DNA of 64,000 nt from Epithemia pelagica. Taxonomy: Eukaryota; Protista; Bacillariophyta. The notes beneath the pieces are model-generated. The model searched no databases. It saw nothing but the letters and a program-made list of their open reading frames with translations, and was not told where the DNA came from. A program made the position numbers and the translations under genes. Of the stretch, positions 11,067-23,870 are shown piece by piece. How positions within the stretch are numbered: position 1 is the first letter of the stretch; the number at the start of each line of letters is the position of its first letter. The DNA lies in assembly GCA_946965045.2 (NCBI GenBank), contig OX337236.1:3535191-3599190 (forward strand), written 5' to 3'.

Positions 11067-14000
11067 TTACTCGTTCTCATCGTCACCCTCCACATCACCC
11101 TCCTCATCACCCTCCTCATCACTCTCGTCACACTCATCACCCTCATCAACGGCAAAGTCTTCTTCCTGCTCCTCCATAGATTCTCCTACATCATTCTCGT
11201 TGTTACTATCACATTCATCACCTTCGTCGCCATTGATCTCTTCTACATCCACCCCTTCATGCCCATCTTGATTTCTCTCTTCGTCGTCTTCGAAATCGTT
11301 GTTGTCTTTATCCGTTCCATGATTGTTATGTGGATCACCGGGTGTGTCTTCCTCGACCACACTATGGGCGTCTTCTTTGGACTGGGTGATTTCTTTGGAC
11401 TTTCCACGTGTTTTTTTGCTTTGTTCTTACTTCCACTTCCTTTGGCTGCATCCGAACGCACTAGCTTTGCCGATGGGGGTGTATTGCGTGACTTTTCTTT
11501 TGCACGCCTCGGTGGCGATGTCCGTACCGCTACAGTCATAGTAGTTTGTTTCGCCTTTTGCTTCTTCCGAGATTGTTTGGAATCTGAACTGACTGTCTTT
11601 CTCTTCTCTCCCCCCTTTGACTCATTCACTACCTCAACTTCTAAGGGAATCTCGTCAGAATTTCCTGCAAGTGACTCAAGTACAACAACCTGTTCGGGAT
11701 TTTTGACTATGTCACGGACAACTTGATTCATAGCGCAGTCACTGTCTTCATCCATACTTTCAGCAGTTCCTAAGGAATAGATGACTGAGTCCGCGTCATC
11801 TAATGTTGGCTTACCACTGACTTGTGTGTAAACGACTCTGTTCCACTGCTTAGGTTTTGCCGGTGCTTCATTGTTTGCTTTCTTGTTGATTGCCGGTGGT
11901 TTGCCATCGGCTTCCTCTGTTGTAGGTGATCTCTGTCCTTTCTTTCCACTAGCAGTGGCTCTTTGTTTCCCATCTGGCTCGTCGTCATCGGACAGTGGAT
12001 AATACGTCATCTCTAACGTTGGATCTTCGGAAACCTTGGAGATTGGACCAGACTCAGGGAACTTTGCCGCTCGAACATATTAAAACCTTCAGTGGCAGTT
12101 TGAATGGACTTTGTCCTAACGGCCGTCTTTTGTTGAGAGGCACTTTCTTCATTCAAGGTCTCATCTGCTTTTTCCACAACTTCAATCTCTTTGTCAGCAG
12201 CACCATCACCTTTCTCACTTTCTAGACAACGCTTATCAACAGACTTGGACAGAGTGGAGCCTTTTGTCTTGTTCCTCTTTGCAGCTTCCAATTCGGATTC
12301 CCGTTGCTGGATTTCTCGTCTCAGCTCCCTTGTTAGGCAGTCCATGGTCCTCATTTCGAAATGTTTTTTCAAGAGATTAGACATCAGCTTATTTTGTGAA
12401 AACCACGTTCCCAAAGAGAAGATGCGTTCCTGGAAGGCGTTTGTAGCGGGCTTAGTGAGCCAGATGATTGCGCTTACAAAGACATAGGGATAATCACCTT
12501 TGTTATCATCCCACCATTTCATCACGTCAAAGTATTTGCCAACCTTCAGGAAGTTGTGTTCCGAACAGTATTGGAGGAACTCGTTTGTCTCATCGTCTGT
12601 CCACTTCTCTGAATCTTTATCCAACTGCTTTGTGGGATAATTCTGTATAACAGTATCCCACTGATGTTCCACCTTCTTCGAACACATGGAACGGTATTTG
12701 TTGAATGCTTCAGTGCATACTTTCCGCAATGCCGCAACGATTTCTGCTTCTTGACCGCCCATTACAGCCGTCCCACTCAATTGTAGTCGTGCCTGTTTTT
12801 TCAACTCCCTCGATCTTCGAATTTTCTCAAATGGATTGAGTGGAACATAGGTATCAGAATCGGAATCGGAATCGTCGTTTGCAGTGGCTTTCCCGCCCGT
12901 GGTCGCGTTGGAAGCAGTTGTATGAGCCGTACGAGCCGTACTTGTAGTAGCGGTAGCGGTGTTCTTGTTCGACACTGCCATGTTTCCTTGTTTGGCAATC
13001 AAAGCACCAATTTGTGAGACTTTCTTGTTTGTGAATTGTTTCACCATGTCTTCGATAAAAAGCCGCCTTATTTCTTTTACTTCATCTTCATTGTAGGCTC
13101 CTAATTCGACGAGATGTTCTTCATACACATTCACAAGTAGGGGGTTGGCACACATGGCCTTGAGACCGTCTTCGTCCTTGTTGGTTAAGTATGAATCGTA
13201 TTCCTTGAGTATGCGACGGATTAGGTCTCGAGGTCCTTTCTCGAGTTTCTCAAACTTGACCTTTTTCCTTTTTTTTGATCGAGCTCCTTCATTGTGATGC
13301 TGGCGTCCCACTGTTGACCATAGTTTAGATTGGTAGGAAGACAACCATCAATACCTGTTCGCATGTGTTTAATAAGGAATCGACATGTATAGATTTCCAA
13401 CAGGGAAGCCGATCCAGAACCTGGGTCATCAGTTTGCAATGATAGCGAGACTCCACGAAGCGGATGGAGAATTCCTTCAAACTGCGAGATCAATGTCCAG
13501 TCGATCTTGTTGAAGAGGGTAATAAAGTGAGGATCCGACTCAACGGCTTTAGAGGCATACTCCTTCATTGGATACAATATGCGGAGAAGCGTCTCCATGG
13601 ATAACACACAGCCGCCCACTTGAGTATCGTTGGGGAGTGGGATGGACACAACAACCCAACCAAGAGATGAGACAACAGACTTGAATTTTTCAAATCGGTG
13701 CTTGCTTTTCTGGAACAGAGGTACGAAGCAAACTCCTTAGCAACCTGCCAAGCGTCGACAAATGCTGGAAAGGAATCGATCAAAGTCTTGTTTTGATAAC
13801 GCTTAATCAAACCAGTAGCATGCTTGAGCACCAATTCTGCACGGTGCATGTCACATTTGCCCTTACTGGCATGCTCTCCAACAATGTACTTTCCCGCTAG
13901 CACTGCTGCGGAAGTATTATCGTTCACTGTAGCACAAAGGTCAGATGGACGAAATCCCACGGCTTTAAGAAGAGAATGCGTTAGGGCAGCAACGTCAACA

Positions 14001-15097
14001 GCAGCATGTCCTTGTGTTTCTGCCAGACCGATTGGTATGCGATAGATGACGCAGTTGCGTGGGTCACATAACATGATAGTTACTCCCAGCACGTCGTGTT
14101 TCCGTGCTTGCCAAATGTCGTGGCACACTGTGGCGAATGGGACTTCATGTTAACAAAGGCAACGGTATTCACCTCGGACTTTTCGTGCAAGATCGGAAAC
14201 AACATCAATGAACTCCTGGTACGACGATACCCGTATCTGAGTGATTTCCCGTCGGCTCATGGCTTCAGCTCGAGAGTCTTTTAACTGGGTACCGTTGTCA
14301 AAGGCATATTTCAACAAAGCACGGAACTGGGGCTTCTCGACTGTTACTGCTGGAAGACAACAGTCATTGATGAACTAATACATGAGGCGTTGGAGTTCTT
14401 TGGTGGCTTGTTTGCGGGGTTGGACTGGCGCTTTGAATCCTGATAGCGTCTTTTGGTTAGACGGTGGGGGTTTCGGATTCGGCCCCAATATACTTCCACC
14501 AGCCTGTATAGTGTCATAGAGATCTTTGTGATGCCCTTTAATGTGTTGGTAGATATTTGAAGCCTTGTCGTGTGAACAGACCATAACAGAATCACACAGA
14601 GGCTGTGACTTGTTTTTGAAGCATCTAGGACAGATGAGAACACGTCGGGACATTTTCCAAAACTTGTCTCTCAGATCAGGAGGCGACAAAGTCTTGGTCT
14701 TCTCTTCATCGATGACAACTAAGGAATCGAAGAGTTTGATTATTTTGTGGATTCCGGGGTATAAAGAAGACTCGAGTTCTTCTCTATTGTTTGAGACGAG
14801 TTTCTCGAATTCAATCCAGTTGATATGAATTGACCAATCCCAATATTGTGAAGAGGATTTGGTACCAAAAAAGAGAGTAGGAATGTTTGGGTACACAGGG
14901 AGAACATCTTTCTCCATTTGGTTCACGTCTTTGGTTGCCTGTACATCCTCACCAAAATCCTTCTCGATCAAAGCTTGTTGAGCCTCTAAAGCAGAAGGCT
15001 TCTTTTTGTTGGGAGCGCTTTTCTTCTTGGTGCTGGAGGACTGTTTCTTCTTCGGTGGTGGTTTGGGTTTCTTCTTCGGTAATGAAGGGGGAGCCAT
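11067..15097 (-). pseudogene. hAT transposase, disrupted
   Basis: BED-like Zn finger (CPRC...NIYQHIKGHH), catalytic CHDIW, PNDTQV (TRW-like), ANP (LDP-like) and dimerisation motif YPYVFVSAIIWLTKPATNAFQERIFS. In-frame stops at about 14375 and about 14151; frameshifts near 13710, 13270 (A-run), 12080 and 11360; Lys-rich and acidic tail. Confidence 0.88.
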
Positions 15098-15645
15098 GTT
15101 GCACTAGGTGTATCAATAATAACTTGCAACAAATGGAAAGAAGTATGAGGATGGAGGGGGAAAAGAGTCTGAGTGTTGTTGAAGAGAGGGAGAGAAACGG
15201 ATCTGCACAAACGCAAATGAGTGGTGGTGGTGGAGGTGCATGGTACATGGTGTGTTCTTTCATTCACCATTCCTCATCTGTTGTTGTAACGAATGAGCAA
15301 AGAAAACTCTATAGAAGTTCATTATTATTCGACCTAATTACAGAAATACATGTGGATAGGGAGTGATTTGATAATTCAATGGGGGGTATGATGTGTAATT
15401 GGGGACTAATTATATGGATCGTGAGAGGGGGGAAATGGAATAAGGGTCTCAATTACATGGAGCTAGGAGACTAGAATTGAATATAGTAATTTGCTCTATG
15501 GTGGGAAACATATGGAAGATGATTAGGTTATTTATTCAAATGCGATGGGGATTGTGGAAGATAAGATGAATTGGTGATGTTAGGGTAATTTTATAATAAT
15601 TCTTGGAATTGTGCTAAAATGGGTAATTTGTAATTCACAACCCTG

Positions 15646-16227
15646 GTTCACAACCGATACATCGTTGTAATTGGTGGTTATGACAGTAGTCGAACGTTGC
15701 CGTCGGTGGATATTATTGATACCAGGCACCACACTGTCACTGCGGGACCAAGCATGAATATTCCTCGATCATATTGTGCTAGTGTGGTCATTGGTAGCCG
15801 CATCTTCTCCGTTGGAGGCTACAGAGGACGCTCGGTGGAGTATTTGGAATTTTCAAAGCCTGGTGACAATGAAGAGACAAAGAAGCAGACTGGCTTGACA
15901 TTGAGTTCTTTCTCGTCCCCTTGGATGACTCTCTCTGATCTGGTCCTTTCCAATGCACGAACTACTCGTGCAGTGGTTGCCATGGGTTCTTGTCTGGTGG
16001 TGGCGGGAGGATGGGGCAATTCAACGGTGGAAGTCTTGGATACGCACTTCAACCGCGTGTGGAATCTTCCACCATGCGGAAATCACCGTGCTGGCTGCAA
16101 TATGGTGACTGTTGCCAATCAAGTTGCCGTGATTGGTGGTGTGTACAATCCTACCTGTGCGACATTACCACTAATCGACAAGAATACATGGTGCTTTCGT
16201 CGACTCTGTGAGCACCAATCGAACTGA
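15646..16227 (+). pseudogene. Kelch paralog K3, 3' half
   Basis: Continues blades 3-6 directly after the TSD; ends WCFRRLCEHQSN*. Confidence 0.9.
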
Positions 16228-17039
16228 TAGTATCATTCTCTTGAAGGTATGCGTATCCGAGATTATGATATCTCACCCTTGTCCACATCGACATTAGCTT
16301 GTGAACGAGCAAGGTCCAATACTCACCGTGGTGATGAGGGGAAGGATGAAGCCTAGACGTTTGTTTTCAAGTCATTGACATGTTTTCCACGTTCAATTGC
16401 AATCCTAGAACCTAGTAAGTGGTTACTCAAAAATAGAAACAATATGTTGCAAGCTAGGAGGTACTTCTTTGTTGTCAAAGGCTGGAAGGAACGATCCGGC
16501 TTGTGTAAGGACGCGACAAGAATCTGGTGCTTTGTCGTGGCATCGTGGCACTTTACACGACACAAAGTCGTCGTTCATGGATTGGTAGCTGTGGCAGCTA
16601 GGGCAAGAACCGACAGTGGTGCATTCCCAAAAGAAAGAGTTTCGTCCAACCTCTCGATTTGGCTTTGGTTTTGGTTCATGGTATCGTGTTTGATGAATCC
16701 GACAAAATGACGAAACGGGTGGATCCAAAGGTCCAATGATGAGAGGAGCAGGAGCAGAAACACGACAAGGTGAAACCTTGTTAAACCTGATGTTCCGCTT
16801 CTGATGCTTGTTCCTCGAAATTTGACAATGGGTCGACTTTTGGATGGAAGTAAGGAGGACCGTTTCATGTCTTATTCAGTTTGTCCCTCTCAGAGGAGTC
16901 ACCGCGTTCCAATCGCAAATGACTTCCTCTACCTGCTGTTGCATGTGAATCGCAATTCCTTGTTGCACTTGATATGTTATGCCAAGCCAGAATGGCCCAA
17001 TGAAGATGATCATCATGACGACGATGACAATACACACGG

Positions 17040-17288
17040 CCGGCTGTCCAACCACCAACCACGGAGGAGACGGCCGAGGATGGCGATGTCGCCTCGTCCT
17101 TGGCAGTGGTACGATTGTTGGTGGAATTGGCCCCTCAATTGCCGCACCAGGGCAATACTCATGGGAGTTTGCCGATTCAGTTGGCCTGTCAAGCCCATAT
17201 GACCGAATGTGTTCGATTCTTGTTCAAATTTCCTTCTCTCATGGAAGAACTTGATGACCAGGGACGTACACCGCATCTATTTTTGTAA
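17040..17288 (+). pseudogene. Degenerate ankyrin-repeat gene fragment
   Basis: LAVVRLLVELAP...NTHGSLPIQLAC...ECVRFL.KFP..MEELDDQGRTP resembles ankyrin repeats; the frame is broken on both sides. Confidence 0.6.
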
Positions 17289-19998
17289 TGCCCTCTTGGC
17301 TACGATATCTTGCAAGTTGAACAGGCCACGATACAAACCCCTGCAACATCGTCATCGTCGTGGTTGAGATTTCATCTCGTCAGGAGGACATTTGCGACAG
17401 TCAAGTTCCTCCAGAACAAAGCCAAGAAAAACCCACCAAATCCAACTGAAGGTCGTGCCAGTTGTCGCAATTGACCAGCAGAACGACTACAAGGAATCGA
17501 GTCTTGTCGTTGTCACACCACAACCTCCCGAACTACCAACATAGCCACAAAAGAAGAAGGCCCTCTTCCTGACGTACCGCAATTGGACGAAACCATCTTG
17601 GAAGTGAGCATTGATGAAGACGACAACGAGCCAGGAAACTTCCACCACCACTACATGCCTGGAAACAAACTCCTCCTCATCGCGATGTCGTGCCCCTCGA
17701 TGCCAGTTCCGCTGAAACCTTGTTGCACGATACAACACTGTCGTACAAGAGTACTCTACCTCCACTTTGTGCCTCGCACTGAACTCAGCAGCACAAACAA
17801 GAAAACCACGACCACGAATGCGGCCGATCATGTCTTGGCCGTCTTGGAAGCCTAGCCACCCACACCGTATGAATGATTGGTCGTGTTGGAACAGTGGTCG
17901 CCCGAGGCGGTCGTGCCTGAATGGTTCTGTTCGTCGCTGTCGGAATGGCGCAATTCGCGTGTCTGTTTCTTGTTTATTGTGGACAGGATCGGATCTCGCA
18001 GAATGCAGATTGGGGACTGGAGGAAGGACGATTTGGTGAGAAAGAAACAGAGGGGATCCAAAGCATGGTTCCTTGTAAACTTATAGAGATCGAGTCATAT
18101 TTGCCTTCGCAATTGCCATGGATTATGTTTGTCGTTTGTCTGGATGGTCCATGTTCCTTTGCGTCTTTCTTCGTGCCCGTGGATTGCCATGCCACCACGT
18201 TGGTCATGGTATCGCACCGTTGCTCTTTTTGCCCTTCTCCTGCATACAAAATAAATAGTCATACTGCGGTGTTTCATTGGTTCAAGTCGACAGTTTGAGC
18301 ATACTTTTGGCCAACTCGGTATACCAAACGACAACATGCGCTTGAGAGTATTGGAAAGTTTGACTGGTAGCTTCTATGATGCATCCTTTCTCTCTATACG
18401 TGCGCTTCGAATCTGGATAGCATTGTGTTTCTTATGAGTGAATCGGCCATTTTCAAAAGGCGTCTACCGAGGTCGACAACGCTTAAGGACACAAAGTCAC
18501 CACGAAAGCTCATGACTGTTGGACCATGCGGAATAGCCAGTTCGAGACATGAATAAAGAAAGTGCAAATCTCTGCAGTTTTCTTGTGCGACTCGTTAGTT
18601 CTGATTTGTTTGATATTGCCTCCCAATCGCGAACCACCTGTGATCGTGATACTATGATTCCCTTCTTGTATGCTTTGGTGGCTTGTGGCCGAAGACACAT
18701 CATTGTTGGTGACAGACATACCATCTGGTACCAACCAAAAGTTGAGGCCATGTTGCTGCAAGGCGGAAGAGGAACATGGTTCCATGTGGTGGTGGGAGTC
18801 ATTGGTTCGGTGCAACAGTGCCACTTGCAAGTGTCAGAGTGGGGGTGTGGGTGTTGCCGGTTGCCAGTTGTTGTGGTTTGGGTGGTTGAGACTTTGTCCT
18901 TGTGTCTCAATGGTCCTGCTACTTTTGTCTGGTGGCAGGGCCATTGTCGTCGTGCTTGTTGTTATGGTTGCTTGATGCAGCCAGGGAAGCGCTTGACTCA
19001 TGTTGGCCGTTGTAGGGAGGTGTCTTGTTGGTGTGACGTTATTGGTGGAAGCAACATCCCCACTCGTTGTTCTACCACAGCCGAGTGACCGTTAAAAAAC
19101 TCGAGGCTTGTTCCAATCCTGTACATTCTCCTGACCCATGCTGTCAACCACATGAATCATGGTTGTGACGGACAGTGACATCAAAAAGGGTCGCTCTCGT
19201 CCTTGTGTTCTTCTCTTGCGGTTCTTGTGGGTTGTTTCCAAGGTCTAGTGGGGGATGGTGAAGAGACTTCTTGCAATGACTGCCGCTCACATATACAGGT
19301 CGATGATCAGGGGAGGAGGAGGACGATAACGAACTTTGCGCCGCCGTATTACGAGATAAAAGAATGGGGAAGATTGAGACCGAGGAACAGCAGAAAAGAC
19401 TGCCAGAAGGCGCGAAAAGGTCAATCTCCGGAGCAAAAGACGGCGACAGCGACAGCGACACATTGTGGTGGAGGTATCTTTTTCCTGTCGTTTCGATTTT
19501 CGATGGATCTTCCCCCCCAAAGCTGGTGTGGAGTCCCCCTCCCCAAAGTCTGTAAAGTCCATTCCAAATCTTGGTCGCAGAATGAGGACAGGAATGGCTC
19601 GCGGGCACGCCGACCGAGACGAGCATTGTCACTCTATCGTATATCCAATTCGAATCGACAGAGGCTCTCGTCGCCAAAAGACGACCACTCTAATAGCATC
19701 CACTGCTACACTCGATGGGAAACCATGGAATTGCAACTTTTGAGACTCTGGTAGTGACGAGGCATCTACTTGTCTTCTTCCTTTTCTTGGTGACAGACTA
19801 CGAGAGTATATTCAAGAGTATCAACGAGATTGTCACAAAGATTGGCTGGACGGGAAAAACGAGAAGGCGCTTCGACAACGACCATTCCACAACAGAGGCA
19901 CCGAGATGGTCGACGGCCGCATGGTACTAGAATGACTCCCCCCAAAGCCACATGGTGGCCATCTTTTCGTGGGACCCACCAATACATTGATGTTCTGC

Positions 19999-20104
19999 TA
20001 CTAGAGGGGATTGAAAACAACAGACAATGAGCGCATCCTGCCATTCTTGTTTACTAGAGGGGATTGAAAACAACAGACAATGAGCGCATCCTGCCATTCT
20101 TGTT
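19999..20104 (+). repeat. 53-bp perfect tandem duplication
   Basis: TACTAGAGGGGATTGAAAACAACAGACAATGAGCGCATCCTGCCATTCTTGTT occurs twice in tandem. Confidence 0.85.
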
Positions 20105-20929
20105 ATACGACTCGAGAGGATAACGGAGGAGCACATTCCAATCGATATACTGCTACTTCCCATTGGCGCTTGGCAAAGCTCGAACAATGGCGGAAACTAG
20201 AGACGACGGAATGACGAACATGTCCGCAATCAATGCAGCCGCAGTAATGGGTGTAGCAGCGGCAGCACCGAAGATGCAGAAACGTTGCGATGCGTCATTC
20301 CTCATCCACAAAACTTCCCTTATAAGCTTGCTCCTACGGCTAAAAAGCTTCGAGATGGTCTGCCCAAGCCCGTGGGCAATCATGGTTTGCAATAAGACTC
20401 TCGATCGATTAAGTGGTCCCAGCAGTTGGTCGTCTTCCCCACAACATCCTAACATTCATCCTCAGAGTGAGGGAAGATCCGCAATGAGGGGTACATGGAA
20501 TCTCTTGTTTCGTGTAATGCACATCACCATCTCATGTGTGTGGTTGTCGAAAGCAAAGGCTCGGATTGCAAGGAGATCCTCTTGTCATGAGCTCCCACGA
20601 AGAACCTATGGATACAACACAGGGAAAGAGAGAAATAGATGGAAACCATAAATATCAGTGGTTGTCTTTCTAGCCATGAGGATTATTTCGATATCCAAAA
20701 CTTTTATGGAACTCCAAACAAGAATGCGTGATCTTCTTCATTGCGTGTCTACGGTCACGATTTGGCTCGTGGCGAAAGCTCTTACCCCTCTTTGGTCCAT
20801 CCATTTCGTGCAGTCAATCGTGCTTCCAGTCCGCACCCATCAGCATCACAACAACAGAGCAAAACCACTAACCACTTAGCATACAGTGTCTCGATCCCCA
20901 TAAATTCTGCAGTGGAAACGTTTGCAACC

Positions 20930-22154
20930 ATGGCCACCACACTGAAAGAACAAGCATGGCACTCGGGCCTTGTCCTTTCGGATTGGGCACCTCAATGGAA
21001 TGAAAATGATTGGCCTCCTCTTGAGGGTGGATGGCGCAACGAACATGCTACAGTCGTACTAGATCATCCCGATACGGACAACGAAAACAACAACAAGAGA
21101 CAAACCGTCGTCGTGTTGGGTGGATACCAAGCAGGTCAGGGCAGTCTCGATTCCATTCTTGTATTGAAGGTGGCAGCGCCGGACAAGCACTGGCGAGAAG
21201 GGCCATCAATGAACAAGAGTCGTCGAGGACATGCCGCTGTTGGGTGCAACGGAGGCGTCTATGTGATAGGAGGAAACAATGGAAGATCACATTTAGATTG
21301 TATCGAACGAATTGACATAAAGAATTTGCTGCATTCACGTAAAGGATTTGCTGCGATCATCTTCGACATCCAGCACCACACAGGAGAGCCCTTGGACGAC
21401 ATTGACATGTCGATTATCAACGGGACGGTTTGGATGTTGTGCTGCTGTGGTTCACAACCGATATATCGTTGTAATGGGTGGCTCTTACAACCATCGCTAT
21501 TTGTCGTCGGTGGATATTATCGATACCAGCAATGACGCTGTCATTGCGGGACCATCAATGACTGCTCCACGACAATGGTGTGCCAGTGCCGTTATTGGCC
21601 ACCGCATCTTTGTCGTTGGAGGCCGTAACGAGAACGGCCAACTTGACTCGGTGGAGTATTTGAACTTTACAGAGGAGAGAAAAGACGACTCTTTGTCTAC
21701 AGTCATTTCCTTCTCGTCCAGTTGGATCACTCATTCTGATTTGGTGCTTCCCATCCCTCGAGCTTATTTTGCAATGGTAGCCGTGGTATCCTGTCTTATT
21801 GTGGGCGGAGGAAGCCATCAAACCGTCGAAGTCTTGGATACGCACCACGACCGCGTTTGGAATCTCCCACCACTCGTAAATCACCGTGAGGACTGTACTA
21901 TGGTGACTGTTGCCAATCAAGTTGCCGTGATTGGTGGATGGCAAATTCCTTCCTGTGCGACATTGCCACTAATCGACAAGAATACATGGTGCTTTCGTCG
22001 ACTCTGTGAGCAGCAGCCCAATCGATGGTATCATTCTCTTGAAGGTTTGGGTATCCGAGATTATGATATCTCACCCTTCTCCACATCGAAATTAGCTTGT
22101 AAACGCGCAAGGTCCGATACTCACCATGGTGATGAAGGGACGGATGAAACCTAG
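20930..22154 (+). pseudogene. Kelch paralog K4, frameshifted
   Basis: A 22-bp imperfect tandem duplication (21311-21332 / 21333-21354) shifts the frame between ORFs 20741-21535 and 21348-22154. Confidence 0.85.
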
Positions 22155-23870
22155 ACGTTTTGTTATAAGTCATTGACTTGTTTTCTATGTTCGATTGCAA
22201 TCCTAGAACCTAGTTAGTGTTTACTCAAAAGTAGAAAGAACATGTTGCAAGATAGAATGTGCTTGTTTGTTGTCAAAGGCATGGAAGGAACGATCCGACT
22301 TGCGCGTGTCTACTAGTGGTACTACGCCTTGGCCATGACCTTGTGGTGGTATCATGGCACTTCTTTACACGGCACAACGTCATCGATTGGTAACTGTGGT
22401 AGCTAGGGCAAGAACCGACTGTGCTATATTCCAAAAAAGTTCTCAAATTGGCTTTGTTTCAATTTTCTAGAGTTTGATGAATCCGACAAAAGGACGAAAC
22501 AGGTGGATCCAAAAGTCCGATGATGAGAGGATCAGGAGCAGAAGCACGACAAGGCAAAACTTTGTTGGACCGGATGAGGTCCGCTTCTGATGGTTCGATT
22601 TTTGGATGGAAGCAAGGAGGGAGGACCGTGTCATGTCCAATCCCGACACGATAACCAAGAACAGTGTCCCTTTCGGAGGAGTCACCATGCGACCGAATGT
22701 GTTCGATTCTTCACCATCAAGTTTCCTGCTCCCATGTTAGAACGGCGGAACCCTACGTCCAGAGACGCATACCGCAACCCTTTTTGCAAGACCCTCTTGG
22801 CTACGATCGAACAGCCCACGTTGTCTCCTGCGAATGGAATTTCGTCTCGTCAGGAGGACAGATGCAACAAGGACAGTGAAGTCCCTCCAGAACAAATCCA
22901 AGAGGAACCCACCAATTGCCAGTTGTCGCAATGGACCAGCACGACAACAAGGAATCGAGCCTTATCGTTGACACACCACAACCTCCCGAACTACCAACGC
23001 AGCGACAAAGAAGAAGACCCTCATTGTTCTTCCTCCAATTGAACGAAACTGATGGTATCATTGTCGTGGAACCAACTGTGTTGAACTCCGTCTTGGAAGT
23101 TGGACTTTGTGGGCACTTTCGTGCCATTGACGACGACGAGTCAGTAAACCTCCACCATTACTATTTCCTGTCGCAACATTGCTCGTTCAATTGCTCATGC
23201 CTGGAAACAAGCTCCTCCTCATCGCGATGTCGTGCCCCTCGATGACAGTTCCGCCGAAACCTTCTTGCACGATTACAACACTGTCGCACAAGAGTACTCT
23301 ACCTCCACTTTGTGCCTCGCACTGACCTATTCATCATACAAAAGGACCTCTTCATCATCACAAATAATGCTGTCGCTCTCTCCCTCTCGTCGTCGACCGA
23401 AAGATACTTTTCTTGGGGCCTGTCATGAAATCTATGTGCGATTGATTGTCCTTCACCATCGTACGCAGGACAGGCACACCTTTTCTGTCTCCATAAAAAA
23501 CACACCGCGGTCTCCACGCAAAAAAGCAAAGCTTCCACGCGTTGCTGTATTATTATTACAAAAATACCCTCTGTCAACGTATTAGTAAAGCGCCGTGACC
23601 ATGACAACGACACTGAAAGAAGAAGCATGGCAGTCGGGCCTTGTCCTGTTAGACGAGACACATGAATGGAATTTCGAGGACTGGCCTTCTCTTGAGGGAG
23701 AAGGGCCTTATCGTCATGCTTCGGTCGTACTGAATCATACCGATAACAACCAAGAACAAACCGTCGTCGTGTTCGGTGGATATCGAACAGGTCAAGGCGA
23801 GCTAGATTCCATTCTTGTATTAAACTTGGCAGAATCAAACAAGCAGTGGCGAGAAGGACCACCCATGAAC
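21915..23870 (+). repeat. About 2-kb segmental duplication, copy 1 (K4 3' end, spacer, K5 5' end); copy 2 at about 42238-44195
   Basis: Highly similar colinear sequence at an offset of about 20,320 bp; boundaries are approximate. Confidence 0.85.

Larger units (their letters stand above)
8652..15645. mobile_element. hAT-superfamily DNA transposon, 6,994 bp
   Basis: TIRs CAGGGTTGTTAATTAC (8652-8667) and GTAATTCACAACCCTG (15630-15645) match 15/16; 8-bp TSD GTTCACAA (8644-8651 and 15646-15653); AT-rich subterminal regions with repeated AATTAC/GTAATT; internal hAT transposase. Confidence 0.95.

Noticed and set aside
11769-11775. A CCTAAGG inside the hAT transposase tail
   Set aside because: No element left end follows and there is no discontinuity; consistent with a chance occurrence. 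I did not scan exhaustively for others.
11067-12010. Separate Lys-rich and acidic genes inside the hAT
   Set aside because: They join the transposase frame through simple frameshifts near 12080 and 11360, so they are best read as its C-terminal tail.
21311-21354. Transposon excision footprint in K4
   Set aside because: Better explained as a 22-bp imperfect tandem duplication.
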